From Eledone cirrhosa (taxonomy: Eukaryota), in contig OZ024742.1 of the NCBI GenBank assembly GCA_964016885.1, positions 78,988,001-79,052,000 of the forward strand: a stretch of 64,000 bases of DNA, written 5' to 3'. The translations under genes and the position numbers were made by a program. The notes below the pieces were generated by a model. That model worked only from the letters and a program-made list of their open reading frames with translations, was not told where the DNA came from and did not search any database. Within the stretch, counting starts at the first letter, position 1. Each line of letters starts with the position of its first letter. Positions 1 to 12,787 of this stretch are shown here, one piece after another.

Positions 1-1010
1 TGATTTGTTATGTATTTGAAAAAGGGGGTCCTTTGTACACAGGTGTACATAGTCATTTCAGTTAATTGGTGATATTTAGTGCACATAAACTACAAAAGCT
101 ACTAGTAAAAAGAGTGTAAGAACTTTTAACAATATTAATGGGGTGGGGAGGAATATGAGAGTATAAACAGTAATGATAACAATTAGTGTAGTAATTATGA
201 TAATTAAAAAGAAAACTGAACAGAAAACAAAAGAAAAAACACACATCAGGTAGCACAATTTTACACATACATGCCAATGAGTGAGTTTTATGTAGTCGCC
301 TCACTGCTAGAAATAGCAGTTAAATCTCATTTGTATCCCACCCAGCTGTTGTGTAAAAGAACACATTGGATAATGTTTTTAGTAGACTATTGTCAAAGAA
401 GAAATGTGATGGTCATGAGTGGAAAGGCTTTAGATCATGGGTTTGTCTGGCTCTATCAGGGTTGAACTGGGAGGTAAATAATTTTACACACAGTTCAAAA
501 GGGCCAAATTCCATCCTATGGTTCTTAGGTGATTTTAGCAGAATTCATTCTGTTGTAAGAATTCAGACTAGGTCTCCATTCCTAATGGTCTCAGAGGCTC
601 TAAAATACATTCATGTCACTGGTCTTCTATAATTGACTAAATAGCAAGGAAAAAGATAAATAAACCGTTTGGGGAGAGTTCAGGGGCAAAATACAAAAGG
701 AAACAAAAAACGATAGTGATATAATTTGAGCAAAAGAGTGAAATCAACAATAAAAACATTAATAACTCACACTCCTAGCATTGGTGTGATATATGAAGTC
801 CTAAATTTCAGAAACGGAGTTTAGTTGGTTACTACAATCCTTCTCCTTTACTGTTACTATATTCTAAGGCACTCAGAAAAATGAGTAGCAAAATTATCCT
901 CATCAGAGTTTGAACTCAGAATGTAAACAGAGGAAACTAAATAAATCTACATGCATTATTCTACAGTTCTACACACGTTGAGAACTGCAACTCTTTTTAA
1001 GAAGGATTAA

Positions 1011-1218
1011 CCCTTTAACATTTAAACTGGCCATATCCGGCCAGAATTATCTCACCTCTTTCTGTTTAAACCAGCTGTAACCAGTCCCTCATACTGATGT
1101 TAAGGTATTGTTCTCAAAATAAATAAAATCAAAATCTCGTAGATTCGATATTATGTGAGATAAAGCCTTTACCACAAACATACAATAGTGTATATAGAGT
1201 AATGTAAATGCTAAAGGG
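1011..1218. mobile_element. piggyBac-type non-autonomous MITE
   Basis: TTAA on both sides (1007-1010, 1219-1222), CCCTTT...AAAGGG termini; reverse-oriented homolog at 10543-10739. Confidence 0.8.
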
Positions 1219-2208
1219 TTAAAAAGATGCAGACAGATAATAAAACATACAGAAAATAGAATAGGTATTGAAACCATATTATACAGAGTGCTGGAAATAC
1301 AATAGAATACATGTCAAAACCAAACACTGCACAATACCAAGTTTCATGGGGTTGTGCTCAGATGTACAATGAAAGTATGCAATTAAAGTTAAACTACTAA
1401 ATAACAACAATAACAATGCTAACAGCAACAGTAATAACATCAACAGCAATAATAATAATCCTTTTTTGGCAGAGAGACAAGACAAATAGAAAACTGCGAT
1501 GCAAAATAATACAAAGGAAAAAAAACATAGAGATGGGCGGGACAAAATAAAAAAATATGTTTATAAATGATAATGACTCCTGAGAGAAATATGATCATTG
1601 GAAGTTAAAAGATGGGTGTAGATGGGGCAGGGTATGGTAACGAGGTGACATTCAAACACTTCCTACTAGCTTCAGCAGCTTTCTTACATAGCAGTAGATT
1701 CATCTAACGCAGAAGTTTACTTACACAAGTTTCAAATAGCTTTATCAACGATCAACGACACAGCCTACACATACACACAATGTTTGTCTATGCATGCTGT
1801 GTATATGCGTGTATCTAATTTAGAATAGGTACAACATATTTCAGTGTGTTATAAGAGGTAATAAAAATGGTTAGCAACAGGAAGATCACCGAGTTGTAAG
1901 ATTACTTCAAAGAGAAGCTTATGAAGAGGCTTATGAAGTTAGTATCTGTCTCTGCAGGGTGGAATGGCTGTAAAATGCTTGTATGTGTGAATATATATAT
2001 ATATATATACATAAGAACATTAACAGAGAGAACAATACGAACAAAAACAAGGCAAAACAAAAAACAATATTTTAAGAGGAACCGTTAAAAATTGTTTTGT
2101 TTTTTTTAAAATAAAAATACAAAGACACAGAACACCCGGGTTATTGGCTGTTGAGGTGGACTTTGGCAGTTTTGTCCCCTACCAACGGTAAGGCTAGTAC
2201 ACCTGGGT

Positions 2209-2234
2209 TCACAGTCTCTGACACAAGCCAAACA
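2209..2234 (-). CDS. Candidate terminal coding exon of an unidentified minus-strand host gene; reads (L)FGLCQRL* if phase 1
   Basis: Minus-strand acceptor ttgttttgtctttcatctcttactccactggacAG followed by non-repeat, higher-GC sequence; the other two frames are also open. Confidence 0.25.
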
Positions 2235-2626
2235 CTGTCCAGTGGAGTAAGAGATGAAAGACAAAACAATAATTTATAGCAATTTAGCTATATCAAATAC
2301 ACATAGAATTTGTATGACGCCAGTGAAAAGTGTGGGGCTTCTTATATCATGGATGTTTCAGGAATGAAACAGGAAAAGAAAAGAAGAAAAAGAAGAAAAA
2401 AAAGGAAGAAGAAAGTAAGATGTGTTAAAAAATGTAAACCATTTAAATTAAGGGGAAAGAAGGGATAACACATTTGTCACCGATTATTAATTATAAACTT
2501 AAGAAAATTAACAGAGAGAACGAGACAACGATATATATAAAAATATATATTTATGTATATACATATATACATATAATTATTAAGGTCAGTTATTACAATG
2601 ACGCCATACCAAGGACATATGTTTCG

Positions 2627-2673
2627 TTAGCCCTGAGAACCAACTTTTTTAAAATGTGCTCATGAAAGTGAAC
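2627..2673 (-). CDS. Candidate alternative terminal exon; (F)HFHEHILKKVGSQG* if phase 1
   Basis: Minus-strand acceptor tttttctttttgtgtaaacattttccAG; open in phase 1 to TAA. Confidence 0.2.
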
Positions 2674-2829
2674 TGGAAAATGTTTACACAAAAAGAAAAA
2701 TACAGAATAACAGGAAAAGATAGAAAAACCCCAAATCTAGGACAGATAATATGGATAGTCTACGGGAGAGAATTTGAGCCTAAAGACACAAACAAATGTT
2801 AAATTAGCTAATGATTATGAAGGGGCTAG

Positions 2830-3225
2830 GAAACATACATACACACACCTATAAACACTTCCATAAGAATATTATCAAACGGATTTCTAGCCTCTCTTCT
2901 AACCAAGCCATTTTCGATAGGGTAACGCCCTGCTGTAATATAGCTTTATGCAATAGTAGCTTTTCCAAGAATATTTCCTACACTCCAGATCACACCCCAA
3001 ATACTAATAGGAAAAAAAACCTAGAAACAAAGCAAAAATCTGGTTCTTTCCTCCTTTCTTGTTCAATGTTAATGCTGATGTCAGAAAGAAGTTTTAGCTC
3101 TCATAGATACGCACGTCCCACTAGGACACAAATACCACCGGATCTTTAACCATCATACAGTCAACATTGGATACTCCTGTTCCAGGAACAAGAAGTCATG
3201 CTTCCTGCATAAACAACAGACACCA
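2830..3225 (+). mobile_element. Degenerate Penelope-like element fragment (RT thumb/linker before GIY-YIG)
   Basis: Translation KRISSLSSNQAIFD...KIWFFPPFLFNV...HKYHRIFNHHTVNIGYSCSRN matches the PLE linker pattern (IWFNPPF...HKIFNR.T.K.SYSC); frameshifted. Confidence 0.75.
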
Positions 3226-4276
3226 AAAATATATGGATCAACAATCATAAAGTGAAGTGTAATAGGGAAAAATGTAAACAATAACATTCTGATATTGCTG
3301 AGAAACCGTTAAAATGTATGGAAGCCTAAACACATTTTAAAATTTATCAGTGATAAAAGTAAAGTATAACTTTCAGTAACTATAAATATTTTTCAAACTA
3401 TCATACATTAATACACATATACTACACACTAAATTACAGTTACAGGTATACAAGTAGAACATATAAGTTCACTTATTAATTGAAGTTATAAGATTAACAT
3501 TAATAGAATAAGATTAACATTAATTGAATATACTAAGAAAAACAAAAAAGTGTATGGAAGCATACAGCTGTAATAAAATGAAAGTTTAGTAAGAAATTTA
3601 TAACTTAAAATGTATTAACAGAGGCAATAGACTATTTACAGTATAAAATAGTTTAACATAGTGGTAAAGTATAAAAGATATATGAGACTAATATTCAAGG
3701 TGTTATTAAATATCTAAGAATGTCAATAGGTATATTTAATTAGGGTCAAGGATTTTGTAAAAGAAAGAGTGAAAAGTTTTAGGTTGACAAGGAAAGGACT
3801 GTCTCATTTCTAGAGTTGAGAAGGATAATTTTAGAAGTAATTAGATCATCCATTGGGTCATGTTCACTTAAAAAAATAATTTTTAAATAATTAACATATA
3901 CACAGACATGTATATAATGCAAAATGAAATTGGAAGGTGCGCGTGTGCGTGATTGCGTGTGTGTGTACACATACACACATATATATATATGCGACTGATC
4001 AACTCAACTTTTGATCTCTGTCGAACAGGCCTGACTCTGGAATCAAAAACTCATAAGACTTCTGTTAGGCTATGGGCTAACAGAAGTCTGATGAACTTTA
4101 CTGACAAAATTGCAAAATGTACATCACACATCAATAAATGTAATGAAAATTTGACACCTTGTCCATATTATTATTATTATTACACTCTTTTTAGTACAAC
4201 CCCAAAGTACATACTGGAGACTAAGCATCAAGTGGTTACTTTGGTGAACCTACAGTAACTTGAGTTACAATACCTA

Positions 4277-4317
<41 letters not shown>

Positions 4318-4717
4318 CACACACATATATATATATATGTATACACACACACTTACACATATACATACACTTACACATATACATACACCTACACACATAC
4401 ATAGATATACACTTACAAAAATATATACATAGATATATGTGTGTGTGTGTGTGGTTGTGATTGTTATCTTCTGATTGAAAATTATGAATTCAAATACATG
4501 TATGCATGTGTGGTAATCCTAGTTGTCAGAACAGTGTTGTAGTGGAGAAGATGATGTTACAAGAATGGTGGTGCCAAGATACCAAACATACCAACTATTG
4601 TTGTGTCTTTCTTTTTCGTTCAATAGCAGACAAATATCCATATCACCACACAACTGTACATCTGTGTGTATGTAAGCATATGTGTTTGTGTGAGGGTATA
4701 TATGTAAGTCTGTGTGC

Positions 4718-4769
<52 letters not shown>

Positions 4770-4770
4770 G

Positions 4771-6573
4771 GGAGTAACTATAGAGGCATTAAATTAATCG
4801 ACCAGGTCATGAAGGTCACAGAAAAAGTAATAGCGCAACTAATCAGAGAGAGAATTGACCTAGATGAAATGCAGTTCGGGTTTGTGTCAGGCAAAAGTAC
4901 CACAGACGCTCTTTTCATAGTACGACAACTACAGGAGAAGTACCTAGCTAAAGGTAAACCCCTCTACTTAGCTTTTGTCGACTTGGAGAAAGCCTTCGAC
5001 AGAGTCCCCCGCTCCATTATCTGGTGGGCTCTTAGAAAACTAGGCGTTGACGAATGGCTTGTGAGGGCTATACAAGCCATGTATAAAGAAACAGTCAGCA
5101 AGGTTAGAATTAACAACGAATATAGTGAAGAGTTTAGCGTAAAAGTTGGCGTCCATCAGGGCTCTGTTCTCAGCCCCCTACTATTTATTATTGCCCTTCA
5201 GGCTATAACAGAGGAGTTCAAGACAGGCTGCCCATGGGAACTCCTATACGCAGACGACCTGACACTCATAGCGGAATCAATGGCCGAGCTAGAGAAGAAA
5301 TTCCAAACATGGAAGCACGGCCTAGAGTCAAAAGGACTTAAAATTAACCTGGCTAAGACCAAAGTTCTAGTTTGTAGGAAAGAAAACAAGGCGGCGGTCC
5401 CTTCTGGGAAATGGTCGTGCTCGGTGTGTAGGAAAGGCGTAGGTAGAAACTCCATTTTGTGTCCTAAATGCAAAGTATGGGTGCATAAAAGATGTAGTGG
5501 GATCACAGGTAAGCTAACTAAGAACATAGATTTTACATGTGGCCGGTGTTCTGGTGCAATAAGTAGCAGCAAGTGCCCACACAATACTAGCTCTTTCAAT
5601 TGCGCAGAGGGTCCTATAGAAATAGTGGACAGCTTCCGTTACCTGGGCGATAAAATCAGCAGTGGGGGAGGGTGCTCTGAAAGTACTGTAGCTAGAGTCA
5701 GAACTGGTTGGAAAAAGTTCAGAGAGCTTATACCACTATTAGCTGCTAAAGGGTTCTCCCTAAAAATGAAAGGCAGGTTGTACGATGCCTGCATACGAAC
5801 AGCAATGTTGCATGGCAGTGAGACCTGGGCATTGTGTGCAGAGGATATACGCAGACTAGAGAGGAACGAAGCTTGCATGCTCCGCTGGATGTGTAACAGT
5901 AATATACGTGAACGGCAAAGCATAAACGAACTAAGGAAAAAATTAGAGATAAGAGGGATCAGATGTTGTTTACTCGAGAGAAGGCTACGTTGGTATGGAC
6001 ACGTGATGCGCATGAAAGTCGATAGCTGTATAACAAAGTGCAGGGCAATAAAGATAGACGGTAGCCACGGAATAGGCAGACCTAGAAAAACCTGGGACGA
6101 GCTGATAAACTCCGACCTCACACACTTACACCTCTCCAAGACAATGTCACTGGACCGAGACCTTTGGCGGTACTCAGTAACAGAGAAGACCCGCCTTGCC
6201 AGTAGGCATCTCTAACAAAATACACCCCGTCCCACCACCACCACCCCCACCCCATCCACACCACCCCGTCCTATGTAAAGTTATGTTGGTGCCGCGCCAT
6301 CCGGGCCGAAACAAATGAGATCGTGTAGGTGTCACGACAAAAAAAACACACAGTCCACGCTGTAATGTGGCCGTGTAGGCAACACGGTAAAAACCTCCCA
6401 GACCCACACTGTAAATGTGGTTGGTGTTAGGAAGGGCATCCAACTGTAGAAAACCTGCCAGACAGTCCTATGCGAGCAAGACAATCACTCTTGCCTCAAG
6501 TGGGACTACCCCCGTCCAAACCCATGCAAGCGTGGAACACGGACGTTAAACGTTGATGATGATGATGATGATG
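4771..6573 (+). mobile_element. RTE-clade LINE, family 1, 5'-truncated, RT reading frame intact to stop at 6215
   Basis: NYRGIKL, QFGF, FVDLEKAFDRV, GVHQGSVLSP, YADD, FRYLG, RRLRWYGHVMR; (GAT)n tail; probable 7-bp TSD ATAATAG (4764-4770, 6574-6580). Confidence 0.95.
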
Positions 6574-7089
6574 ATAATAGTGAGCATTTGTGCATGTGTA
6601 TATATTCATATGAGTGTGAGAGTATGTGTGCAGGTGTATATATATATATATATGTGTGTGAAGTTATGTTTGGATATATTCTTCCTTTAAGACACTAAAC
6701 ACTGACAGCCTTTGACATGCTAACCAATTATCACATGCTGTTGTTTACAACATATTCCTAATACTACACCATTATCACCATTGCCACCACTACCATCACT
6801 AACAAACTTACTATTACATCTACCAATACCATCACCATCACTATCACAGACTACCACTACCAACACCTCCACCACAAATTGTTACCACTCCCTTCAGATT
6901 CTAGCATTATCACCACTATCACTACTAGAAATTATTACTATTGTAACTACCACTCACTCCGGATACTACCACCACTGCTACAACTAACTGTTACTATTAC
7001 AACTAACACTCCCTTAAGACTTTACTACAACCTCTACTACTACCTCTACTACCACAAACCTTCACTACTATAATTACCAAACCCTTCCA

Positions 7090-7366
7090 CCACCACCACC
7101 ACTACTACCACAAACTGTTGCTATTACAATTACCAATTCCTACAGATACTACCATAGCCACTACTACCACCTCTACTACCACAAACTGTTGCTATTACAA
7201 TTACCAATTCCTACAGATACTACCATAACCACTACTACCACCTCTACTACCACAAACTGTTGTTATTACAATTACCAATTCTTTCAGACACTACCACAAC
7301 CACTACTACCACCTCTACTACCACAAACTGTTACTACAATTACCAATCCCTTCAGATACTACCACA

Positions 7367-7416
<50 letters not shown>

Positions 7417-7435
7417 CACAAACTGTTGCTATTAT
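7090..7435. repeat. ~60-bp CTA/CCA-rich minisatellite with (CTA)n expansion
   Basis: Repeated CTACTACCACAAACTGTTGCTATTACAATTACCAATTCC units. Confidence 0.8.
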
Positions 7436-7436
7436 A

Positions 7437-7622
7437 GATTGGCAGTATCAGTAGAGGGTCGGACACAATGCTTTGAAGCATAGAGTTACCTCCCTTTATG
7501 ATCTGGGTTCAAATCCTGCCACGGTTAACTTTGCCTTTCATCCTTACAGGGTCGATAAAATAAAGTACCAGTAATACACTGGGATAATTGCTGGCCTTGT
7601 GCCAAAAAGTAGAAACAATTAT
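7437..7622 (+). mobile_element. tRNA-derived SINE with Meta-domain-like core (family M)
   Basis: GATTGGCAGTATC...GTTCAAATCC (A/B-box-like), core GTTAACTTTGCCTTTCATCCTTAC.GGGTCGATAAAATAAAGTACCAG, tail GTAGAAACAATTAT; more than 10 copies in window. Confidence 0.85.
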
Positions 7623-8167
7623 AATTACCACTCTAGTCAGACAGAACCACAACCACTACCCACACAAACTGTTACTATTAAAACCACCATACCTTTCAGA
7701 CACAACCACAATCAGAACCAACTAAAATACTTCCAATACATAAAGATATTTCCATTATCATACATGCATCACCAGTAAAGCACTGGAGCTGATTTAGGCA
7801 ATGTGCCGCACCCCTTCAAATTGCTGGCCTTGTGCCAAAATAGAAACAATGATACAAGCAGTTTGATTCATGCACAATAGTGATAATGATAATGATGATG
7901 ATGACAGATGTGGTGGTGGTGGTGGTGGTGGTGGTGGCTGGGTCATATATCATGCTGGTAGGGGTAGTGGTGGTAATGATGGTGGTGCTGATAATGGTGG
8001 TGATGATATAAATGTTGGTTCATCTGGTGATGGTGATTGTAAAGGTAGTGATGGTGATGGTAATGATGGTGATAATGGTAATGATGATGGTGGGGATCTA
8101 TATAATGATGATGATGGTGATAGTGTTGATGACTGGGAAGGCAGTGAAGGTGATGGCAATGACTGTG

Positions 8168-9268
8168 TGATGGTGACGGTGGAGATAATGGTGATGATGG
8201 TTGAGATAGTGATGGTGATGGTGGAGATAATGGTGATGATGATAGTGATGGTGACGGTGGAGATAATGGTGATGATGGTTGAGATAGTGATGGTGATAGT
8301 GGAGATAATGTTGATGATGGTTGAGATAGTGATGGTGACGGTGGAGATAATGGTGATGATGGTTGAGATAGTGATGGTGATGGTGGAGATAATGGTGATG
8401 ATGATAGTGATGGTGACGGTGGAGATAATGGTGATGATGGTTGAGATAGTGATGGTGATGGTGGAGATAATGGTGATGATGATAGTGATGGTGATGGTGG
8501 AGATAATGGTGATGATGGTTGAGATAGTGATGGTGATGGTGGAGATAATGGTGATGATGATAGTGATGGTGACGGTGGAGATAATAGTGATGATGGTTGA
8601 GATAGTGATGGTGACGGTGGAGATAATGGTGATGATGGTTGAGATAGTGATGGTGACGGTGGAGATAATGGTGATGATGGTTGAGATAGTGATGGTGATG
8701 GTGGAGATAATGGTGATGATGATAGTGATGGTGACGGTGGAGATAATGGTGATGATGGTTGAGATAGTGATGGTGATGGTGGAGATAATGGTGATGATGA
8801 TAGTGATGGTGATGGTGGAGATAATGGTGATGATGGTTGAGATAGTGATGGTGATGGTGGAGATAATGGTGATGATGATAGTGATGGTGACGGTGGAGAT
8901 AATAGTGATGATGGTTGAGATAGTGATGGTGACGGTGGAGATAATGGTGATGATGGTTGAGATAGTGATGGTGACGGTGGAGATAATGGTGATGATGGTT
9001 GAGATAGTGATGGTGATGGTTGAGATAGTGATGGTGATGGTGGAGATAATGGTGATGATGGTTGAGATAGTGATGGTGATGGTGGAGATAATGGTGATGA
9101 TGATAGTGATGGTGGAGATAATGGTGATGATGGTTGAGATAGTGATGGTGATGGTGGAGATAATGGTGATGATGATAGTGATGGTGACGGTGGAGATAAT
9201 GGTGATGATGGTTGAGATAGTGATGGTGATGGTGGAGATAATGGTGATGATGGTTGAGATAGTGATGG
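8168..9268. repeat. 1.1-kb GAT/GGT-based minisatellite with variant ~21-bp subunits
   Basis: Alternating GATGGTGA(C/T)GGTGGAGATAAT and GGTGATGATGGTTGAGATAGT plus a shorter GGTGATGATGATAGT variant; accounts for the three long low-complexity ORFs. Confidence 0.9.
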
Positions 9269-10542
9269 TACCGATGACAATGGTTATGATGATCATTATC
9301 AGGTGGCGTTAGTGGTAGCAGCAGTGACGAACATGATGGAATCAGTGGAAATTATGACAATGGCTTAATGTTGATAACAACACTGATGTAATATAGATAG
9401 AGCAATGGTAATGGATACAGAGCCAGTATCTGTGATGATGATGATGATGATGGTGGTGGTGACAACAGCAGAAATGATGGATGGAGTGTAGGAGGAGGAG
9501 AAAGAGGCAAAACATACCAATGATGAGTGATGAGGATGGTGGGGAGGGGGGGCTTATGTTTACATAATCTGTCTTCAGAGATTTTTAAAGATAACATATA
9601 GATGCACATACAAACACACACACAGCTAGTAATAAAACTACATACACACACACACACACATACGTATGAGAGATATATACACACACAAAGGAAAAAAATA
9701 TACATTTAACAACAACAAAGCAAATACATAACATTTCTCTCCCCCAAACCTCTACACGGGAACATATGTGCATGGGTGCATGTTATATACACACGCACAC
9801 ACACACACACGCAACCATACATATACTCTCTATCTCTCTCTCTCACACACAAACACAGCTACAGTCATGCACATGTATTAAATCCATTGAGATCTTCAGT
9901 TAAGAGCACATGAAGTGCAAGCTGTATATAGAATATATATATATATATATACACACACACATAACACATATATATTCTTCAGGTGCCTGTTGTATTCAGA
10001 AATACTGTACTCTCAGAATTTTAACCCAAAACCTTTATTCAAACCACAGGGGTACATTGTTGCCATTCTGTTATCCATACCATATACTCCTATTAGTTGT
10101 TAGTTACTTGTGACATTAGTTAATATATATTAGGTTGTAACAAAAGTTTGTAGTGTTTTCTATTGGCTGTATTTAATCACATGATTTAGTTTATCATGTG
10201 ACAGAGAAGCATCTGATATATATATATTTTCTGAAAGAGGAGATCTCAACACATTTTTCTATCTGAATATTGTGCAGATTGTTTACTTCTACTGTTTTTA
10301 TGATAAAATTGAAAATGGAGGGAAATGTGATGCATTTTCGTAATTTGATGCTCTATTTGCAGAAAGGAAAAATGCTGCACAAACAACGAAAAAGACATCT
10401 GCTGTTTATGGAGATGGTGCTATAGCTAATAGTAGAGTTTGCAAGTGGTACCCTAGGTTTAGAGCCGAAAATTTTGACTTTGAAGACAGTGCACATCCAT
10501 GCAGGCTTATAGTCATTGATAATGACCAAATTGACACTTTAA

Positions 10543-10739
10543 CCCTTTAGCATTCACATTACTCTATATATACTATTATATTTTCATGGTAAAGGCTTTA
10601 TCTCACATAATATCGAATCTATGAGATTTTGAAAGTATTTATTTTGAGAACAATACCTTAACATCAGTTTGAGTGACCAGTTACAGCCAGTTTCAACAGA
10701 AAAAGGTAGAGAATTCTGGCCAGTTTGAACATTAAAGGG
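10543..10739. mobile_element. piggyBac-type MITE nested in mariner
   Basis: TTAA flanks, CCCTTT/AAAGGG ends, homologous to 1011-1218. Confidence 0.8.
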
Positions 10740-10966
10740 TTAATCAAAAATAATCCAAGTAACACAATGTGAGACATCTCAGAGATACGTCACATATCTC
10801 ATATGGGCATTACAAGGTATTCAGAAACATTTGGAAACATCAATCACTATGATGTTTGGTGGTCTCATAATTAATGGAAAAAAATGTTATTCTCTGTTCA
10901 AATTAAACAAAAGTAATCCATTTTGAAAAGGAATCACGAGTGATGAAAACTGGATTGTTTACAATA

Positions 10967-11081
10967 ATTGTTTCTACTTTTTGGCACAAGGCCAGCAATT
11001 ACCCAGTGCATTACTGGTACTTTATTTTATCAACCCCGTAAGGATGAAAGGCAAAGTTAACCTCGGCGGGATTTGAACTCA
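10967..11081 (-). mobile_element. 5'-truncated family M SINE nested in mariner
   Basis: Reverse complement of SINE core and tail; ACAATA duplicated at 10961-10966 and 11082-11087. Confidence 0.85.
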
Positions 11082-11266
11082 ACAATAGTGTGGAGCATAA
11101 AGGAACATGGAGAAAACAAAATTAACAACCTTCAGCCATTACAGAAGCTGGTCAGTATCCAAAGAAGGTAATGCTCTGTATCTGGTGGGATCAGAAGGGT
11201 ATTATATATTATGAGCTCCTTCCATGATATCAGATGTTAAATTCAAACTATTATTGTTCTCAATCA

Positions 11267-11449
11267 TTATGGATTGGCAGTATCGGTAGAGGGTCGGACG
11301 CCATGCTTTCCAGCATAGTTACGTCCCTTTACGATCTGAGTTCAAATCCCGCCGAGGTTGACTTTGCCTTTCATCCTTATGGGGTCGATAAAATAAAGTA
11401 CCAGTAATGCACTGGGTAATTTGCTGGCCTTGTGCCTAACGTAGAAACA
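11267..11449 (+). mobile_element. Full-length family M SINE nested in mariner
   Basis: 17-bp TSD ATTATTGTTCTCAATCA at 11250-11266 and 11450-11466. Confidence 0.9.
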
Positions 11450-11996
11450 ATTATTGTTCTCAATCAGACCAATTAAAGGAGGTAATCAATGAAAAATGCC
11501 CAGTATTGGCAAATGGGAAGGGTGTGGTCATACAGCAGGGTAATGTTAGACCACACGTTTCTTTGCAGACCCAGCAGAATTTGGTACAGCTTGGCAGGGA
11601 TGCCCTACTGCACTCACCGTACTCAGCTGATCTTGCACTTTCGGATTATCATCTATTCTGATCCCTAAGAACTTCAATTCTTTAGAAGACTGCAAAAACC
11701 CACCTAGACCAGTTCATGGCTCAGAAGGATGCAAAATTCTGGGTGGATAAGAACATGAATTTGCTTCAAAGATTGCGAATGGTTGTTGAACAAAATGGAA
11801 ATTATGTGGTTGAATAAAGATATGTAAAACTCTTTAAAATATTGGTAATAACTTAAAAAACGCTATAAAATTTTTTTATAACCCAATACATATATATATA
11901 TATACACACACACATACATATATATATGTATGTGCATATATATATATATATGTACACACACCCACATACATGAATATATATATATACATATATGTG

Positions 11997-12044
<48 letters not shown>

Positions 12045-12048
<4 letters not shown>

Positions 12049-12400
12049 CACATGGCTTAGTGGTTATAGCATTGGCCTTGCAATCAAAAGGTTGTGAGTT
12101 CAATTCTCAGACCGGGTGATGTGCTGTTTCCTTGAGCAAGACACTTTATTTCACATTGCTCCAGTTTACTCAGCTGTAGAAATGAGATGATAGGACTGGG
12201 GTCCTTATCATTCCACTGCAAAGTGGTTGTGGAGGTGCCACGGCAAAAAAGCACCCAGCACTCACTGTAAATGAGGTTGGTGTTAGGAAGGGCATCCAGC
12301 TGTAGAATCAAGCCAGAATCAGTTCCCGTCCCACCCTTGCAAGCAAGGAAAAAGCGGACGTAAAATGAAATGATGAAAATGATGATGATGAAATGATGAT
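12045..12400 (+). mobile_element. tRNA-derived SINE with CORE-like domain and RTE-derived tail (family C)
   Basis: A box TGGCTTAGTGG, B box GAGTTCAATTC, CCTTGAGCAAGACACTT core; 3' part shared with the RTE family 2 3'UTR (AGGAAGGGCATCCAGCTGTAGAA...GGACGTAAAA(TGA)n). Confidence 0.85.
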
Positions 12401-12414
12401 ATATATATAGAGAG

Positions 12415-12765
12415 AGAAAAAAAGATGAAATCGAAAATGCAACTGGAGTCTTATTTTTTTAAAAATATATATATTTATTTGGTTCCTTTATCGGTTTCGC
12501 AGTTCTTCTGCTTTTCAAAAGTAGAGTTGAGATGGAGGGTCTGTGGTTTTTCTCACAGTGAGAAAAACCACAGACCCTCCATCTCAACTCTACTTTTGAA
12601 AAGCAGAAGAACTGCGAAACCGATAAAGGAACCAAATAAAAATATATATTTTTTTTAAAATAAGACTCCAGTTGCATTTTCGATTTCATCTTTTTTTCTT
12701 TATACTTTCACTCATGTAGGACACCTCGGTTATTTTTCATTTTGTAAAAAAAACCTCACTTCTGA
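12415..12765 (+). mobile_element. Fold-back palindromic insertion, probable Penelope-like pLTR (family A)
   Basis: ~142-bp arms centred on 12557 with a 1-nt spacer; right arm has a ~65-nt extension ending in (TA)n; carries a hammerhead-like motif. PLE identity inferred from architecture only. Confidence 0.7.
12593..12628 (+). ncRNA. Minimal type I hammerhead ribozyme-like motif (U3-A8 core variant); mirror copy on minus strand at ~12486-12521
   Basis: CTT-TTGAAAA-GCAG(aagaa)CTGC-GAAA-CCG-ATA-AAG. Confidence 0.6.
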
Positions 12766-12787
12766 TATATATATATATATATATATA

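Larger units (their letters stand above)
10130..11886 (+). mobile_element. Decayed mariner (Tc1/mariner DD34D-type) transposon with transposase pseudogene
   Basis: TA-flanked imperfect TIRs (TTAGGTTGTAACAAAAGTTTGTAGTG / CGCTATAAAATTTTTTTATAACCCAA); motifs TSDENWIVYN, KKVMLCIWWDQKGIIYYELL, NVRPH, HSPYSADLALSDYHLF; stops, frameshifts, three nested insertions. Confidence 0.9.

Noticed and set aside
4506-4770. N-terminal part of the 569-aa ORF
   Set aside because: Read-through of flank and (TA)n into a truncated RTE; not a real start
5198-6139. Antisense ORFs recurring in RTE copies
   Set aside because: Shadow ORFs repeated only because the copies are recent duplicates
7870-9312. Three ORFs of 445-480 aa
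   Set aside because: Products of a triplet-phased minisatellite; no domain content or clear splice signals
12045-12115. tRNA-like sequence with TGC in the anticodon-like loop (also at 15270)
   Set aside because: SINE head: no proper acceptor stem and it continues into a SINE core and RTE tail
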